NCBI GenBank assembly: GCA_964520655.1
Contig: CAZFNI010000004.1
Location: forward strand, 25,628-89,627
Source of the DNA: an uncultured Planctomycetales bacterium
GTDB lineage: Bacteria > Omnitrophota > Gorgyraeia > Zapsychrales > Fredricksoniimonadaceae
Direction of reading: 5' to 3'
DNA: 64,000 nt
In this document: positions 37,131 to 49,500 of the stretch, piece after piece
Layout: each line of letters opens with the position of its first letter
How positions within the stretch are numbered: position 1 is the stretch's first letter
The notes under the pieces: model-generated
Database searches by the model: none
What the model saw: the letters and a program-made list of their open reading frames with translations, nothing else
What the model was told of the DNA's origin: nothing
Translations under genes and position numbers: made by a program

Positions 37131-38087
37131 ATGCTAAAACGCGCTAAAGAAGTCATCACGATCGAAGCCAATGCCCTTAAAGGTCTGCTAAAGACTTTGG
37201 ACGGAAATTTCACGGCGGCGGTTGACCTGATCGCCAAATGCCCGGGCCGTGTTGTGGTCTGCGGGATGGGTAAGACCGGCATCATCGGCCGAAAGATCGC
37301 GGCAACGCTGTCATCAACAGGTACGCCAAGCGTTTTTCTTCACAGCGCCGAGGGTGTTCATGGGGATCTGGGGCAGGTCACAGCTAAAGATATCATGGTC
37401 GTGATCTCCCAAAGCGGCGAAACGGAAGAAACGGTGCGTTTGCTGCCGGCAATTAAAAAGATCGGGGCTAAGACGATCGCCATGACAGGCAATATGAGAT
37501 CGACGCTGGCGAAAAACAGCGACGTGGTCTTAAATACATCGGTGGTCAAGGAAGGTTGCCCGTTAGGATTAGCGCCGATGGCTTCCACGACTGCGACGCT
37601 GGCACTAGGGGATGCCTTAGCCGCCTGCTTGATCGACCGAAGGGGTTTTAAAAAAGAAGATTTCGCATTTTTTCATCCGGGAGGGAGTTTAGGGCGCCGG
37701 TTATTGTTGAAAGTCGAAGATATCATGAGGACCGGGCCGGGTTTGGCATTGGTCAAGCCTTCAGCGAAGGTCAAAGATGTGTTGTTATCGATCACTAAGG
37801 CCAGGAGCGGTTGCGCTTGCGTGGTCGATGAGAAGCAGCGCCTGCTTGGGATATTCACTGACGGCGACCTGCGCCGTCATTTGAATGAAGGGGCATTGAT
37901 CTTAGACCAGCGCGTGGACGCGGTGATGACCAAGAAGCCGACATCGATCACCAAAGACAAATTGGCGGCTGCGGCGTTTGATATTTTAAAGACAAAACGG
38001 ATTGATGAGCTGCCTGTTGTCGATAAAACCAATAAAGTGGCGGGATTGGTTGATGTGCAGGATCTGCTCAAAGCGGGGCTGGTATGA
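37131..38087 (+). CDS. kdsD: Arabinose-5-phosphate isomerase (SIS + tandem CBS) (318 aa)
   Basis: SIS motif 'VVVCGMGKTGIIGRKIAATL' and 'ISQSGETEE'. A C-terminal CBS pair follows. Position is upstream of kdsC. Confidence 0.85.
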   Translation: MLKRAKEVITIEANALKGLLKTLDGNFTAAVDLIAKCPGRVVVCGMGKTGIIGRKIAATLSSTGTPSVFLHSAEGVHGDLGQVTAKDIMVVISQSGETEETVRLLPAIKKIGAKTIAMTGNMRSTLAKNSDVVLNTSVVKEGCPLGLAPMASTTATLALGDALAACLIDRRGFKKEDFAFFHPGGSLGRRLLLKVEDIMRTGPGLALVKPSAKVKDVLLSITKARSGCACVVDEKQRLLGIFTDGDLRRHLNEGALILDQRVDAVMTKKPTSITKDKLAAAAFDILKTKRIDELPVVDKTNKVAGLVDVQDLLKAGLV

Positions 38088-38596
38088 TCGAAGAGCGTTT
38101 AAAAAAGATCAAAGTTGTGGTCATGGATGTCGACGGTGTGTTGACTGACGGCAAGATCATTGTGGACAGCAACGGGGTCGAGTCAAAGAATTTTGATGTG
38201 CAGGATGGGTTGGGGATCGTTTATTTGAAAAAGTGCGGTATTAAAACGGCGATAATCTCCGCGCGTTTAAGCGAAGTGGTCAAGTTCCGCGCCAATGACC
38301 TAAGCATCGACCAGGTCTTTGTGGGGGTTTATCCTAAGATCGGCGCGTACGAGGAAATGCGCAAGAATTTTGGTGTATCTGATGAGGAGATCTGTTTTAT
38401 CGGCGACGACGTGGTGGACCTCTCTGTCCTTAAGCGGGTTGGTTTAGCGGTCGCGGTCGATAATGCGGTTTTTGAGGTCAAACGCGCGGCACATTATGTG
38501 ACCAAACGCAGCGGCGGCAACGGCGCGGTGAGGGAAGTGATCGAATTGATCTTAAAAGCCAAAGGCCTCTGGACAAAGGAGCTGTATGAACATTAA
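38084..38596 (+). CDS. kdsC: Kdo-8-phosphate phosphatase (HAD) (170 aa)
   Basis: HAD motif I 'VVMDVDGVLTDGKI' and motif IV 'GDDVVDL'. Confidence 0.85.
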   Translation: MIEERLKKIKVVVMDVDGVLTDGKIIVDSNGVESKNFDVQDGLGIVYLKKCGIKTAIISARLSEVVKFRANDLSIDQVFVGVYPKIGAYEEMRKNFGVSDEEICFIGDDVVDLSVLKRVGLAVAVDNAVFEVKRAAHYVTKRSGGNGAVREVIELILKAKGLWTKELYEH

Positions 38597-39434
38597 AACG
38601 TTGCTTTTAATGACGGCAGTGGTGTTATTGGCAGGTATCGTACGCGCGGATGATCTGGCTCCCAATCAGCAGCTGGAAGGTTTTAACCTTAACGGCTATA
38701 CCAACAGCGGCAAGAAGTCCTGGGAGATCAACGGGGACAAGGCGGATATTTCCGAGCAGTCGATCAATGTGACTAATGTGAATGCCAATTTATATGATCC
38801 AAAACAGAACGCGAATTTACGATCGAAGACCGGCGTTATCGACAAGTCCAGCGGAGATGTGCATTTGGAGAAGGATGTGGTGGTGACAGCTGACCGCGGG
38901 ACCACCATGACGACCGAGAGTTTAGATTGGAGCCGCAACCAGGACCTGGTCAAGACGGATGATGAAGTAACGATCTCTGACGAGAAGGGGACGGTGACCG
39001 GCAAAGGTTTGGTGGGCCACCCGAATTTAAAGAAGGCACAGCTTAATGAAGATGTTAAGGCCACGATCAATACCGGTACATCAAAATCACCGGCTGGATC
39101 CTTGGTCCAGATCACCAGCGATGGGCCGATGGAAGTTGATCAGGTCAAAATGACGGCGGTTTTCACCAGGAATGTCGTGGCTCGGGAGCTGCAGACCGGC
39201 CGCCAGATCCAGGCGGATAAGATGACCATTTGGTTCGATGAAAAGAAAAAGAAATTAAAGAAGATCGTCTGCTCGGGCAATGTAGTGGCCACTCAGGGGA
39301 ATAATTCCACTTTTGCGGATGAGATGGTCTATACCGGAGATGATCAAAAGTTGACCATGACCGGACGGCCCAAGCTGATCTTTGACACCGGTGATGAAGG
39401 CAGCAGTGGTTTGTTCGAGAAAATGGGGAATTGA
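38586..39434 (+). CDS. LptC/LptA-like (OstA-N) periplasmic LPS transport protein (282 aa)
   Basis: N-terminal signal/anchor 'MNIKTLLLMTAVVLLAGIVRA' and beta-rich sequence. The call rests mainly on the conserved kdsD-kdsC-lptC/A-lptB synteny. Confidence 0.5.
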   Translation: MNIKTLLLMTAVVLLAGIVRADDLAPNQQLEGFNLNGYTNSGKKSWEINGDKADISEQSINVTNVNANLYDPKQNANLRSKTGVIDKSSGDVHLEKDVVVTADRGTTMTTESLDWSRNQDLVKTDDEVTISDEKGTVTGKGLVGHPNLKKAQLNEDVKATINTGTSKSPAGSLVQITSDGPMEVDQVKMTAVFTRNVVARELQTGRQIQADKMTIWFDEKKKKLKKIVCSGNVVATQGNNSTFADEMVYTGDDQKLTMTGRPKLIFDTGDEGSSGLFEKMGN

Positions 39435-39437
39435 CGC

Positions 39438-40160
39438 GTGCGATTATTAGAAGCGAAAAATTTGGTTAAAGTATATGGCGGTCGTAAGGTGGTCGATGGT
39501 CTGTCGATCACTGTCGGCCGTTCCGAGATAGTTGGATTGCTTGGGCCCAATGGTGCAGGCAAGACCACATCATTCTACATGGTCGTCGGCATTGTGGCTC
39601 CCGACCAGGGGCAGGTCATCTTTGACCAGGAAGACATTACCCGCCGGCCTATCCATGTGCGCAGCCGTCTGGGAATGGGGTATTTGGCCCAGGAAAGTTC
39701 GATCTTTAGGAAATTGACGGTCGAGGAAAATATTTTAGCGGTCTTAGAAACGTTGCCCATTGGTCCTTTGGAACGCAAGCGACGTTTGGAGTCTCTCTTG
39801 GAGGAATTGAACATTTCCCATCTGGCTAAATCAAAGGCCTTCACGCTCTCGGGGGGAGAACGCCGCCGGCTTGAGATCACCAGGGCGCTTGTGACCAACC
39901 CGTCGTTCTTGTTGTTGGATGAACCTTTCTCTGGGATCGATCCGATCGTCGTAGCAGAGGCACAGGAGATCATTAAAGATCTAAAGAAGAGGGGTCTGGG
40001 GATCCTGTTGACCGATCATAATGTGCGCGAGACTTTGTCCATCACCGACCGCGCCTACCTAGTTGCTGACGGGCGCATTTTGATCTCCGGAACAGCCCAG
40101 GATCTTATCAATGACCAAAAAGCCCGCAAGATCTATTTGGGCGAGAAATTCAGCATGTAA
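39438..40160 (+). CDS. lptB: LPS export ABC transporter ATP-binding protein LptB (240 aa)
   Basis: Walker A 'GPNGAGKTT', signature 'LSGGERRRLEI', Walker B 'LLLDEPFSGIDP' and the LptB-typical C-terminus 'ARKIYLGEKF'. Confidence 0.85.
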   Translation: MRLLEAKNLVKVYGGRKVVDGLSITVGRSEIVGLLGPNGAGKTTSFYMVVGIVAPDQGQVIFDQEDITRRPIHVRSRLGMGYLAQESSIFRKLTVEENILAVLETLPIGPLERKRRLESLLEELNISHLAKSKAFTLSGGERRRLEITRALVTNPSFLLLDEPFSGIDPIVVAEAQEIIKDLKKRGLGILLTDHNVRETLSITDRAYLVADGRILISGTAQDLINDQKARKIYLGEKFSM

Positions 40161-40189
40161 CCAATAACCATCAGAATGGAGTTAAAGTA

Positions 40190-41128
40190 ATGAAAGTCGA
40201 AGTGAAAAAAGTTGATGCCTTACGCCGTGAATTATCCATTGAAGTCCCTCGCGACCGTGTGACCGCGGCGATGGACGAAATTTATAAAGAGATCGGGAAA
40301 TATGCCAAGGTCAAGGGGTTCCGCCCGGGCAAAGTGCCGCGCGATCTGCTGGTAAGCTCTCACGGGAAAATGGCCCAAGAAGAGACGATCAAGAAGCTGA
40401 TCCCGCAAGCTTATCATGAAGGGGTCACCAAAGAACAATTAAACCCCATCGATCTGCCGGAGATCACAAACGTAGCGCTTAAAGACGGTATTTTATCCTT
40501 CAAGGCGACCCTGGATATCCGACCGGAAGTCAAGACGGGCGATTACAAAGGGATCAAGGTTACGCCTTTAAGCACCAAGGTCACGGATGACGATGTGAAC
40601 AAGACGCTCGAATTCTTTAAGAAGGGCCGCGGGGATGGTAAGGAAGTGACCATTGATGATGCTTTTGCTCACGGCATGGGTTTTCCTTCGCTCGATGAGT
40701 TCAAAAAAGCGCTGACGCGCCAGCTGGAGTTCGACAAGGACCGCCAGAACCGCATTGAACTGGAGAATCAAATTGTTGACCACCTCTTAAAACATGCTAA
40801 ATTAATTGTTCCTCAATCCATGGTCAAACGCCAGTATGAGTATCGCCTCAACGAGACCCTTCGCCGTTTAAAATCACAGGGAATGGCTGATGACGAGATA
40901 AAGAAAAAAGAGGAAGAGATCTCAAAGGCCTTAGGCGAGGCTGTCGAGAGAGACGTAAAAGTGTTTCTGATCTTGGAAGAGATCGCGAATCTTGAGAAGA
41001 TCGAAGTGACCTCCAAGGAAGAGAATCTGCCGGTCAAGGTCATGGAGCTGTTATTGAAAGAAGCAAAGTGGGAAGAGCCCAAAGAAGTCAAGGATGTCAG
41101 CGAAGCTAAAAAAGACAAGAAATCATAG
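40190..41128 (+). CDS. tig: Trigger factor, short form lacking the PPIase domain (312 aa)
   Basis: Ribosome-binding signature 'GFRPGKVPRDLL' in the N-domain. It is directly upstream of clpP. The length of 312 aa versus about 430 means the central FKBP domain is missing. Confidence 0.7.
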   Translation: MKVEVKKVDALRRELSIEVPRDRVTAAMDEIYKEIGKYAKVKGFRPGKVPRDLLVSSHGKMAQEETIKKLIPQAYHEGVTKEQLNPIDLPEITNVALKDGILSFKATLDIRPEVKTGDYKGIKVTPLSTKVTDDDVNKTLEFFKKGRGDGKEVTIDDAFAHGMGFPSLDEFKKALTRQLEFDKDRQNRIELENQIVDHLLKHAKLIVPQSMVKRQYEYRLNETLRRLKSQGMADDEIKKKEEEISKALGEAVERDVKVFLILEEIANLEKIEVTSKEENLPVKVMELLLKEAKWEEPKEVKDVSEAKKDKKS

Positions 41129-41150
41129 CGTAACGTAAAGGGAGAATATT

Positions 41151-41756
41151 ATGGAGAGAGCATCGATCTTGGTTCCCATGGTCATTGAGAAATCGTCCCA
41201 CGGCGAGAGGGCATATGACATATATTCCCGTCTTCTCAAAGAACGCATTATTTTTTTAGGCACAGCCATCGACGACAATGTGGCCAATTTGATCATTGCT
41301 CAGCTGCTTTTCTTGCAGAGCGAGGATGCTTCCAAGGACATTAGCATTTACATCAATTCTCCCGGCGGTTCAGTGACGGCGGGGCTGGCGATCTATGACA
41401 CCATCCAATTCATTAAGCCGCCGGTGGCGACCTTTTGCATCGGCCAGGCAGCCAGCATGGGCGCGGTGCTCTTGACGGCAGGCGCTAAAGGCAAGCGTTA
41501 CGCATTACCTAATGCCCGTATCATGATCCATCAGCCTTGGGGCGGCGCACAGGGGACAGCCAGCGACATCTCCATCCAGGCTGAGGAGATCCTGCGCATG
41601 AAAAGTGAATTAAATAAGATCTTAGCCAAGCATTCCGGTCAGACGGTGGACAAGATCCAGAAAGATACGGACCGCGATTATTTCATGTCGGCGGCGGAAG
41701 CCAAGGAGTACGGCTTGGTCGACGGTGTGATCACCAATATGAATGATCTTAAATAA
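41151..41756 (+). CDS. clpP: ATP-dependent Clp protease proteolytic subunit (201 aa)
   Basis: '[25 protein letters not shown]', catalytic '[11 protein letters not shown]' (Ser), and 'MIHQP' (His) are present. Confidence 0.9.
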   Translation: MERASILVPMVIEKSSHGERAYDIYSRLLKERIIFLGTAIDDNVANLIIAQLLFLQSEDASKDISIYINSPGGSVTAGLAIYDTIQFIKPPVATFCIGQAASMGAVLLTAGAKGKRYALPNARIMIHQPWGGAQGTASDISIQAEEILRMKSELNKILAKHSGQTVDKIQKDTDRDYFMSAAEAKEYGLVDGVITNMNDLK

Positions 41757-41782
41757 CGCATCTTTATAAAGAAGGGACATGT

Positions 41783-42925
41783 ATGAAACGCAATTTGCTG
41801 TTAACCCCGGGACCAACACACGTGCCTGCAAAGTTGTGCGCGGCGTTGGCAAAACCGATCATCCATCACCGTACGCCTAAGTTCCAGGAATACCTCAAAG
41901 TGGTCGTTGCTGGACTGCAGGAGATCATTCAGACGAAGAATGATGTCTATTTACTGGCATCTTCGGGGTCTGGCGGGATGGAAGCGGCGGTTGTGAATAT
42001 CCTATCTCCCGGTGACAAGGCTATTGCGGTAGACGGCGGAAAATTCGGTGAACGCTGGGTTGAGCTCTGCCAGACATACAAGGCTAATACCATTGTCCAT
42101 AAGGTGGCTTGGGGCAAAGCACCGACAGCGGCAGAGATCAAAGCGCTTCTGGCAGCCAATCCTGACACCAAAGCGGTCTTTATAACCTTAGCGGAAACAT
42201 CGACGGGTGTGACGCCGGACGTGAAGGCGATCGGTGAAGTTGTCAAGGATTCCAAGGCCGTGTTGGTCGTGGATGCGGTCTCCGGTTTAGCCGTTCAGGA
42301 AATTAAAGCGGATGAATGGCATGTCGATATGGTCATTTCCGGTTCGCACAAAGGGTTGATGCTGCCGCCGGGTGTTGGCTTTATCACGGCCTCACCTAAA
42401 GCGATCGCGTACATCAATGCCTGCACGACGCCGCGCTATTATTTTGATCTGCGCGAAGCCAAGAAAGCGTTGGAAAAGACAGATACGCCTTTTACGCCCG
42501 CGATCGGTATCATCATCGCCATGGTCGACAGTCTGGCGCTCATCAAGGAGCGGGGGCTAGAGAATATGTTCAAGCACTTCGCGCGTTTAGCGACTGGCGT
42601 GCGCGCTGGCTGCAAGGCGATCGGGCTGGAATTATATCCCGATCCTTCCTGTGCGACCAATGTCCTCTCGGCAGTTAAATTACCGGCAGGTATTGACGGC
42701 GAGAAGTTAGCCAAGATCATGCGCGACACGCATGGGATCACGGTTGCCGGCGGGCAGGACCAGCTTAAAGGCAAGATCATCCGCATCGCCCATATGGGAG
42801 CCTTGGATGAATATGATATTTTGACCGGCTTGGCCTGTTTGGAAAAAGTGCTTCATGAAATGGGCCATCAATTTGAGTTGGGCGCCAGTTTGACCGCGGC
42901 CCAAAAAGTGTTCAATCAAAAATAA
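41783..42925 (+). CDS. Class V (AGXT-type) PLP aminotransferase, probable phosphoserine/serine-pyruvate aminotransferase (380 aa)
   Basis: PLP-lysine motif 'ISGSHKGLMLPPG'. It is immediately upstream of serA. Confidence 0.65.
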   Translation: MKRNLLLTPGPTHVPAKLCAALAKPIIHHRTPKFQEYLKVVVAGLQEIIQTKNDVYLLASSGSGGMEAAVVNILSPGDKAIAVDGGKFGERWVELCQTYKANTIVHKVAWGKAPTAAEIKALLAANPDTKAVFITLAETSTGVTPDVKAIGEVVKDSKAVLVVDAVSGLAVQEIKADEWHVDMVISGSHKGLMLPPGVGFITASPKAIAYINACTTPRYYFDLREAKKALEKTDTPFTPAIGIIIAMVDSLALIKERGLENMFKHFARLATGVRAGCKAIGLELYPDPSCATNVLSAVKLPAGIDGEKLAKIMRDTHGITVAGGQDQLKGKIIRIAHMGALDEYDILTGLACLEKVLHEMGHQFELGASLTAAQKVFNQK

Positions 42926-42941
42926 CGGATGTGAGGGAAGT

Positions 42942-44528
42942 ATGTACAAGGTATTGATCAGCGATAAGTTAGAGAAGGAAGGTTTGGATATCTTTGCCGC
43001 CGAGAAAGAGATATCGGTCGATTGTAAGTTCGGTATTCCGGCCGCAGAACTAAAGAGCATTATCGGACAGTATGACGCCCTGATCGTCCGTTCCGGGACT
43101 CAGGTGACCGCTGAGATCATTGAAGCGGCTGCCAAACTTAAAGTGATCGGCCGTGCCGGCGTCGGGTTAGACAACGTGGATCTGCCGGCCGCCACTAAAA
43201 AAGGCATTGTGGCCATGAATACTCCGGCAGGGAACACGACCTCGACCGCGGAGCACACCATGAGTTTGATCTTAAGCTTGTCGCGCAACATTGCCCAAGC
43301 TGTGGCCTCCGTCAAGGCTGGTAAGTGGGAGCGTTCCAAATTCACCGGTGTTGAATTGTACGGCAAGACGCTTGGCATCATCGGGCTTGGCCGCATCGGT
43401 TCAACGGTCGCGAAAATGGCCCAAGGGTTTGGGATGAAAACGATCGGTTATGACCCATTCTTATCGGCGGACATCGCGGCGAAGAACGGCATCACGCTGG
43501 TCGATCTGGACACTATTTATAAAACCGCGGATTATATCACGGTGCATATTCCTAAGACCGAAGAGACGACCAATATGATCAGTGATAAGCAGATCGCGCT
43601 GATGAAGAAAAGCGTTCGGCTGATCAATTGCGCCCGCGGCGGCATCATTGACGAGAAAGCGTTGACGGCAGCGCTTAAGGATAAACGCATTGCCGGTGCG
43701 GCACTGGACGTCTATGATGTTGAGCCACCTGATTTTGCTCAAGAGATCTTCAAGCTGGAGAATTGCGTGACCACGCCGCATTTAGGCGCGTCAACCTCGG
43801 AAGCTCAGGTCAATGTGGCCATCGAGATCGCGCACGCTGTCAAAGATGCCTTGTTGGGTAGAGGGATCCGCAACGCGGCAAATTTTCCGTCGCTGTCAGA
43901 AGAGGCCTACAAAGGTGTCGAGCCGTATTTGAATTTAGGCGAACGCATGGGAAAATTCGCCGGGCAATTGGTTCAAGGCCGCGTCAGCAAGGTCGAGGTC
44001 ACCTATAGCGGAACCGTGACCAAGCAGAACATCAAAGCCGTGACCATGGCGATCGCTAAAGGTATTTTAACGCCTGTTCTTGGCGAAGGGGTCAATACCA
44101 TCAATGCGCTTAACATGATGAAAGACCGCGGCATCAACATCGCTGAGGTTTCATCCAATGTCGAGAGTGAATATGTCAATTCGATCGCTTTGGATATCAC
44201 GACCGATAAGGAGAATTTCGCGCTGCTGGGGACTTTGACCAGTAATAAGCAGCCGCGCGTCGTCAAGATCAATAATGTCTATGTTGAGGCGGTACCAGCT
44301 GGACATATGCTGTTTATCAACAACAATGACAAACCGGGCATTGTCGGCGCTGTCGGGACCATTCTGGCAAACGCCAATATCAATATTGCCGGCATCACCC
44401 TGGGAAGGGAAAATCAACAGGGGGTTGCTGTCAGTGTGGTCAATGTCGACAGCGAGATCCCTGAGAAGGTCATTGAGCAGCTGCGCCAGACGAAGAATAT
44501 ATTGCTTGTTAAAACCATCAAGGTTTAA
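42942..44528 (+). CDS. serA: D-3-phosphoglycerate dehydrogenase with C-terminal ACT domain (528 aa)
   Basis: NAD-binding 'GIIGLGRIGSTVA', 'GRAGVGLDNVDL' and 'NCARGGIIDE'. The length fits long-form SerA. Confidence 0.85.
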   Translation: MYKVLISDKLEKEGLDIFAAEKEISVDCKFGIPAAELKSIIGQYDALIVRSGTQVTAEIIEAAAKLKVIGRAGVGLDNVDLPAATKKGIVAMNTPAGNTTSTAEHTMSLILSLSRNIAQAVASVKAGKWERSKFTGVELYGKTLGIIGLGRIGSTVAKMAQGFGMKTIGYDPFLSADIAAKNGITLVDLDTIYKTADYITVHIPKTEETTNMISDKQIALMKKSVRLINCARGGIIDEKALTAALKDKRIAGAALDVYDVEPPDFAQEIFKLENCVTTPHLGASTSEAQVNVAIEIAHAVKDALLGRGIRNAANFPSLSEEAYKGVEPYLNLGERMGKFAGQLVQGRVSKVEVTYSGTVTKQNIKAVTMAIAKGILTPVLGEGVNTINALNMMKDRGINIAEVSSNVESEYVNSIALDITTDKENFALLGTLTSNKQPRVVKINNVYVEAVPAGHMLFINNNDKPGIVGAVGTILANANINIAGITLGRENQQGVAVSVVNVDSEIPEKVIEQLRQTKNILLVKTIKV

Positions 44529-44536
44529 CGGATCGC

Positions 44537-45187
44537 ATGGGCATTTTGCTCGCTAATGTGGTGATCGCCTCGCTCAAGGACGGCATGGGGCCCAACATGA
44601 TCATGGTCTCGGCTGTCGTCATCTTGCTCCATTTGTTGAGTTGGGAGCGGGGTATCAGGGTCATATTCTTTTGCTGGTTATTCGTTGTGCTTGTGATGCT
44701 GTTGAGTTTCTTGGGGCATTTAGACGCGTTTGTGGTGTATGATGCCCTGCGTTTTTATCCTCTGGCCTATGATGTGTTGGCGGGTGCTTTGCTTGTCGGG
44801 GGGATTGTGTTGGTCTTGGATTGGATGGCATTAAGGGCGGGCAGGCCTGTTTACTTTCGATTCGAACAGAATGCCCTCAGCCGTCTTGATCTTTTCAAGG
44901 TTGTTGTGTTGCTCGCAATGATCGTTCTGGTGTCGATCGTCTTGGTTGTTAAAGATCTGACCTGGGCCATGGACCCATATGTGGTCGCGTTATCAAACAA
45001 CATTTTTGGCGGACTGATGGTGAAGTCCAGCTTTATCTGCGTGAGTGTTTATTCGGTCTTGAAATTCTGGATGGTCCTGGCGGTCACGATCATTTTTCCC
45101 GGGACTTTTCTTAGCCGCAGCGTGAAACTTAAAGTGGCAGCCGCGTTTTTACTGGCGGCGGGGTCAACATTCTTCTATGTGAAGTAA
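44537..45187 (+). CDS. Polytopic membrane protein of unknown function (216 aa)
   Basis: ORF with about six hydrophobic helices and no recognisable motif. Confidence 0.4.
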   Translation: MGILLANVVIASLKDGMGPNMIMVSAVVILLHLLSWERGIRVIFFCWLFVVLVMLLSFLGHLDAFVVYDALRFYPLAYDVLAGALLVGGIVLVLDWMALRAGRPVYFRFEQNALSRLDLFKVVVLLAMIVLVSIVLVVKDLTWAMDPYVVALSNNIFGGLMVKSSFICVSVYSVLKFWMVLAVTIIFPGTFLSRSVKLKVAAAFLLAAGSTFFYVK

Positions 45188-45201
45188 ATATGATCTTTTA
45201 A

Positions 45202-46482
<1,281 letters not shown>

Positions 46483-46537
46483 CTTGATTTTACCCCCATG
46501 GATAAGGCATACTTTACCTAAGGGTTAGTATGCGTAT

Positions 46538-49500
46538 ATGTTAGGAAAAAAACATCCCATCTTTCATTTAATGCTGGCGGCGGTTCTGGCCATGGGTTTT
46601 GATCCCTCTCTGGTCTTGGCCGAAGAGCTTGTTGTTCCGGCAATGCCCAAGGCTGGGACGATGGTCTTTTTAAGTCCGGCGTTTCAACCGGCAACTGTCA
46701 TGGGCATGACCATTTCTCCGAAGGATCCGTTTCAATTTGATTTTTTGATACAGCGGGGAGATGGGGTTTATGATGAAACATCGAAACAGCAGGAATACCG
46801 CAAACTTATCAAATATTTTCTGGCCGCGTTAACGGTCCCCGACCATGATCAGTGGGTCAATCTTTCTCCCTATGAACAAAACCGCATTATCGAAGAACCA
46901 TTCGGCCGGACAGAAATGGGTCGGGACCTTTTGGCTCAAGATTATTTGCTCAAGCAGATCACTTCATCCTTGATGTACCCCGGAGCAGGCCTGGGTCAGG
47001 CATTTTGGGACAGGGTCTATGCGCAGGCAGGCAGTGCTTTGGGCAAGAGGGATATACCGGTCAATGCTTTCCATAAAGTATGGATCGTTCCCGACGATGT
47101 TGTTATCTACGAAAATCGTCAGGGCGCGGTCATTTTAAAGAGTCATTTGAAGATTATGCTTGAAGAAGATTACTTATCTTCTCTGAAGCATAAAGCGGGT
47201 GACGCCCAAGCTCATTTTATTGCCCGCAGCCCCAGGGGGACAATGGCTTCATCTCCTGCTACCCCACGGGGGGATGGGTGGGGCGAGGACAAGAAAATGA
47301 GTTTGGCGGCAGGACCCGCTCTTGCTAGCCAGGTTATGCGTGACATTATTCTCCCTGAACTTGAGAAAGAAGTGAATGAGGGCAAGAACTTCGCGCCGCT
47401 GCGCCAGATCGTCAGCGCGATGCTGATGGCCACCTGGTATAAAAAAGCGTTAAAAGGATCGCTGCTGGGTCAAGTTTACGCGGATAAAGGCAAAGTCGGC
47501 GGTGTATCCAGCGACCCAAAGAATATTGAAAAGATCTACGCACAATACCTGGATGCGTTTAAGAAGGGGGTCTTTAATCTGATCAAAGAGGATCAAGACC
47601 AGCTGACCCATCAGGTGATCCCCAGGAAATATTTTGCCGGCGGTTTCAGCCGTGACGAGGCGATGGTCACCTATGTGGGAAGCGCTTCTGGTGATGAAGT
47701 GGACCTAGGGGATGGTAGAGAGCGTTTAATGGCGATTGCTGCGAGAAAACATGTGCGGCTTAGCGAAGTGTTGAGAGCCAGTCCGCGCATATTGCCAGAG
47801 CTGATCGTTGAGACGCTGCTGTATGGATTATTTTGGAAGGTCATCGATCGCGCGCGGGTGAATATGGATGAATCGAGAGGCGGAGCCATGATCATTGTTG
47901 GTAAGCCAAAAGAGCCGGTTGTTGCGCCTTCTTCTTCGATCACGACATTGTCAGGTGACACGCGATCAAGATTCTCTCAGCTGGTTAATCTTAATATTGA
48001 AGAAGCGTTCCATACAACTGGGACAGGCAGTCTCCATGAGCTTTTAGGGGTCAAGTCAGAAGCGGCGATCGGTTATCCCGCACTCGAGGAGCTTGTCATT
48101 TTACCGAATAAGATAGTCGGGGGGTATAAGATCTCGGCACAACCTCAAGCCAATATTTTTCTAACGATCAATGATGCGAAGTATGTATTTGCTTATAATG
48201 AACTTTCCACCGAGGATAAAAGGCAGTATGTGCTGTTCGCTGATGATCGGGAGATCGGCCGTTTCGATTTTTCTGTCCCGCTTGTCATCCGAAAAGACCT
48301 TATCCCGGCAGAACTTGTGCCGCTGTTGATCCAGGGGGATAGTCCTGTCCTTAAGGAACATCCTCAAAATAAGAAAGAGCTCTACGCGATATTGGATTTT
48401 GAAGGACTGATGAGGCTTATTTTAGAGAATGAAAAGTCTCTGATAAAGCTAAAAGAGCATATGCGTCTGCAGGATGTGTCCTTTACAGATACCCGTGGCG
48501 TTGTGGTGAATTTAACGATCGCGGTGCGCAGGGGCAAAGACGGAGGCGCTGATCTGTATTTGTTCCCGCGCAATGGAGAGAAATTGCCGCCTATTTGGCA
48601 GCTGGCTGTGCCGGCCTTCGATGCGGCGATGTCTGTTGATGGTGATGAGGTCACCCAGGCGATTCATGGACGTTTCGGCGAAATGATCTTAGAGTCTTTA
48701 CGCTTGCCGGGCAAGGTGAATATCGGGGATCGTTCATACGAGGCTGTTGCTGGAGGGAAAGGGGTGCAGCTTAAGGGGCTCAACGATTCCCGGGAGATCC
48801 GTCCCATTCTCTCTTCGGATGCTCTGTTGAGATATGGTTTTGTAAAAAGAGCGGTCAATGCGCTGCAGGCCAAAGGTCTGGTGATCAAAGATGATGACAA
48901 CAATATCGCGTTGGATCCGGATATTCAATTGCGAGATTTCAATGATGTTTTTAATGTGTCATTTACCCAGGAAGCCAGGCGGCTTAATTTGGATGCGGAT
49001 GAGATCAGGGGGATGCTCCTTGGGACCATTGGTTATGTGCTCAAGGTCCAGGAACGTAATGTCCAGGGGTATTCCGGCGTATGTGTGGTCTTAAGCAAAG
49101 ACGGTGTTTCGCTGCGCATCCTGACATTTGCCGGCAGTGAACCTGCGGTCTCTTTTTCCAGGACGAGACCTCCGCAGGAGATCATCGTTTCCCAGATGGC
49201 AGCAGGGCTGAAAGCCATTAAGGCCAGGGAAGGGCGGTACATCGGGGTTGTGAATTCAAAAGGCTCTGTGAGGTATTTTGATGAAAAAGAAGCGGAAGGT
49301 TTTGCGGATATTTATGCCGCCAGGATGATCATCCTCGAGAGAAACTTTAACTGGAAAGTTACGCGTGAACAGATCATGAAAATGATCTTTAAGGGTGAGA
49401 TCATCCCGTTCCAATTCACCGTTGCCAAAGACGGTTCTGTGGCATTTTCCAATGTGGGTAAACAGTCGATATTCTCTAAGAATGTGACAAGTATGGCGAA

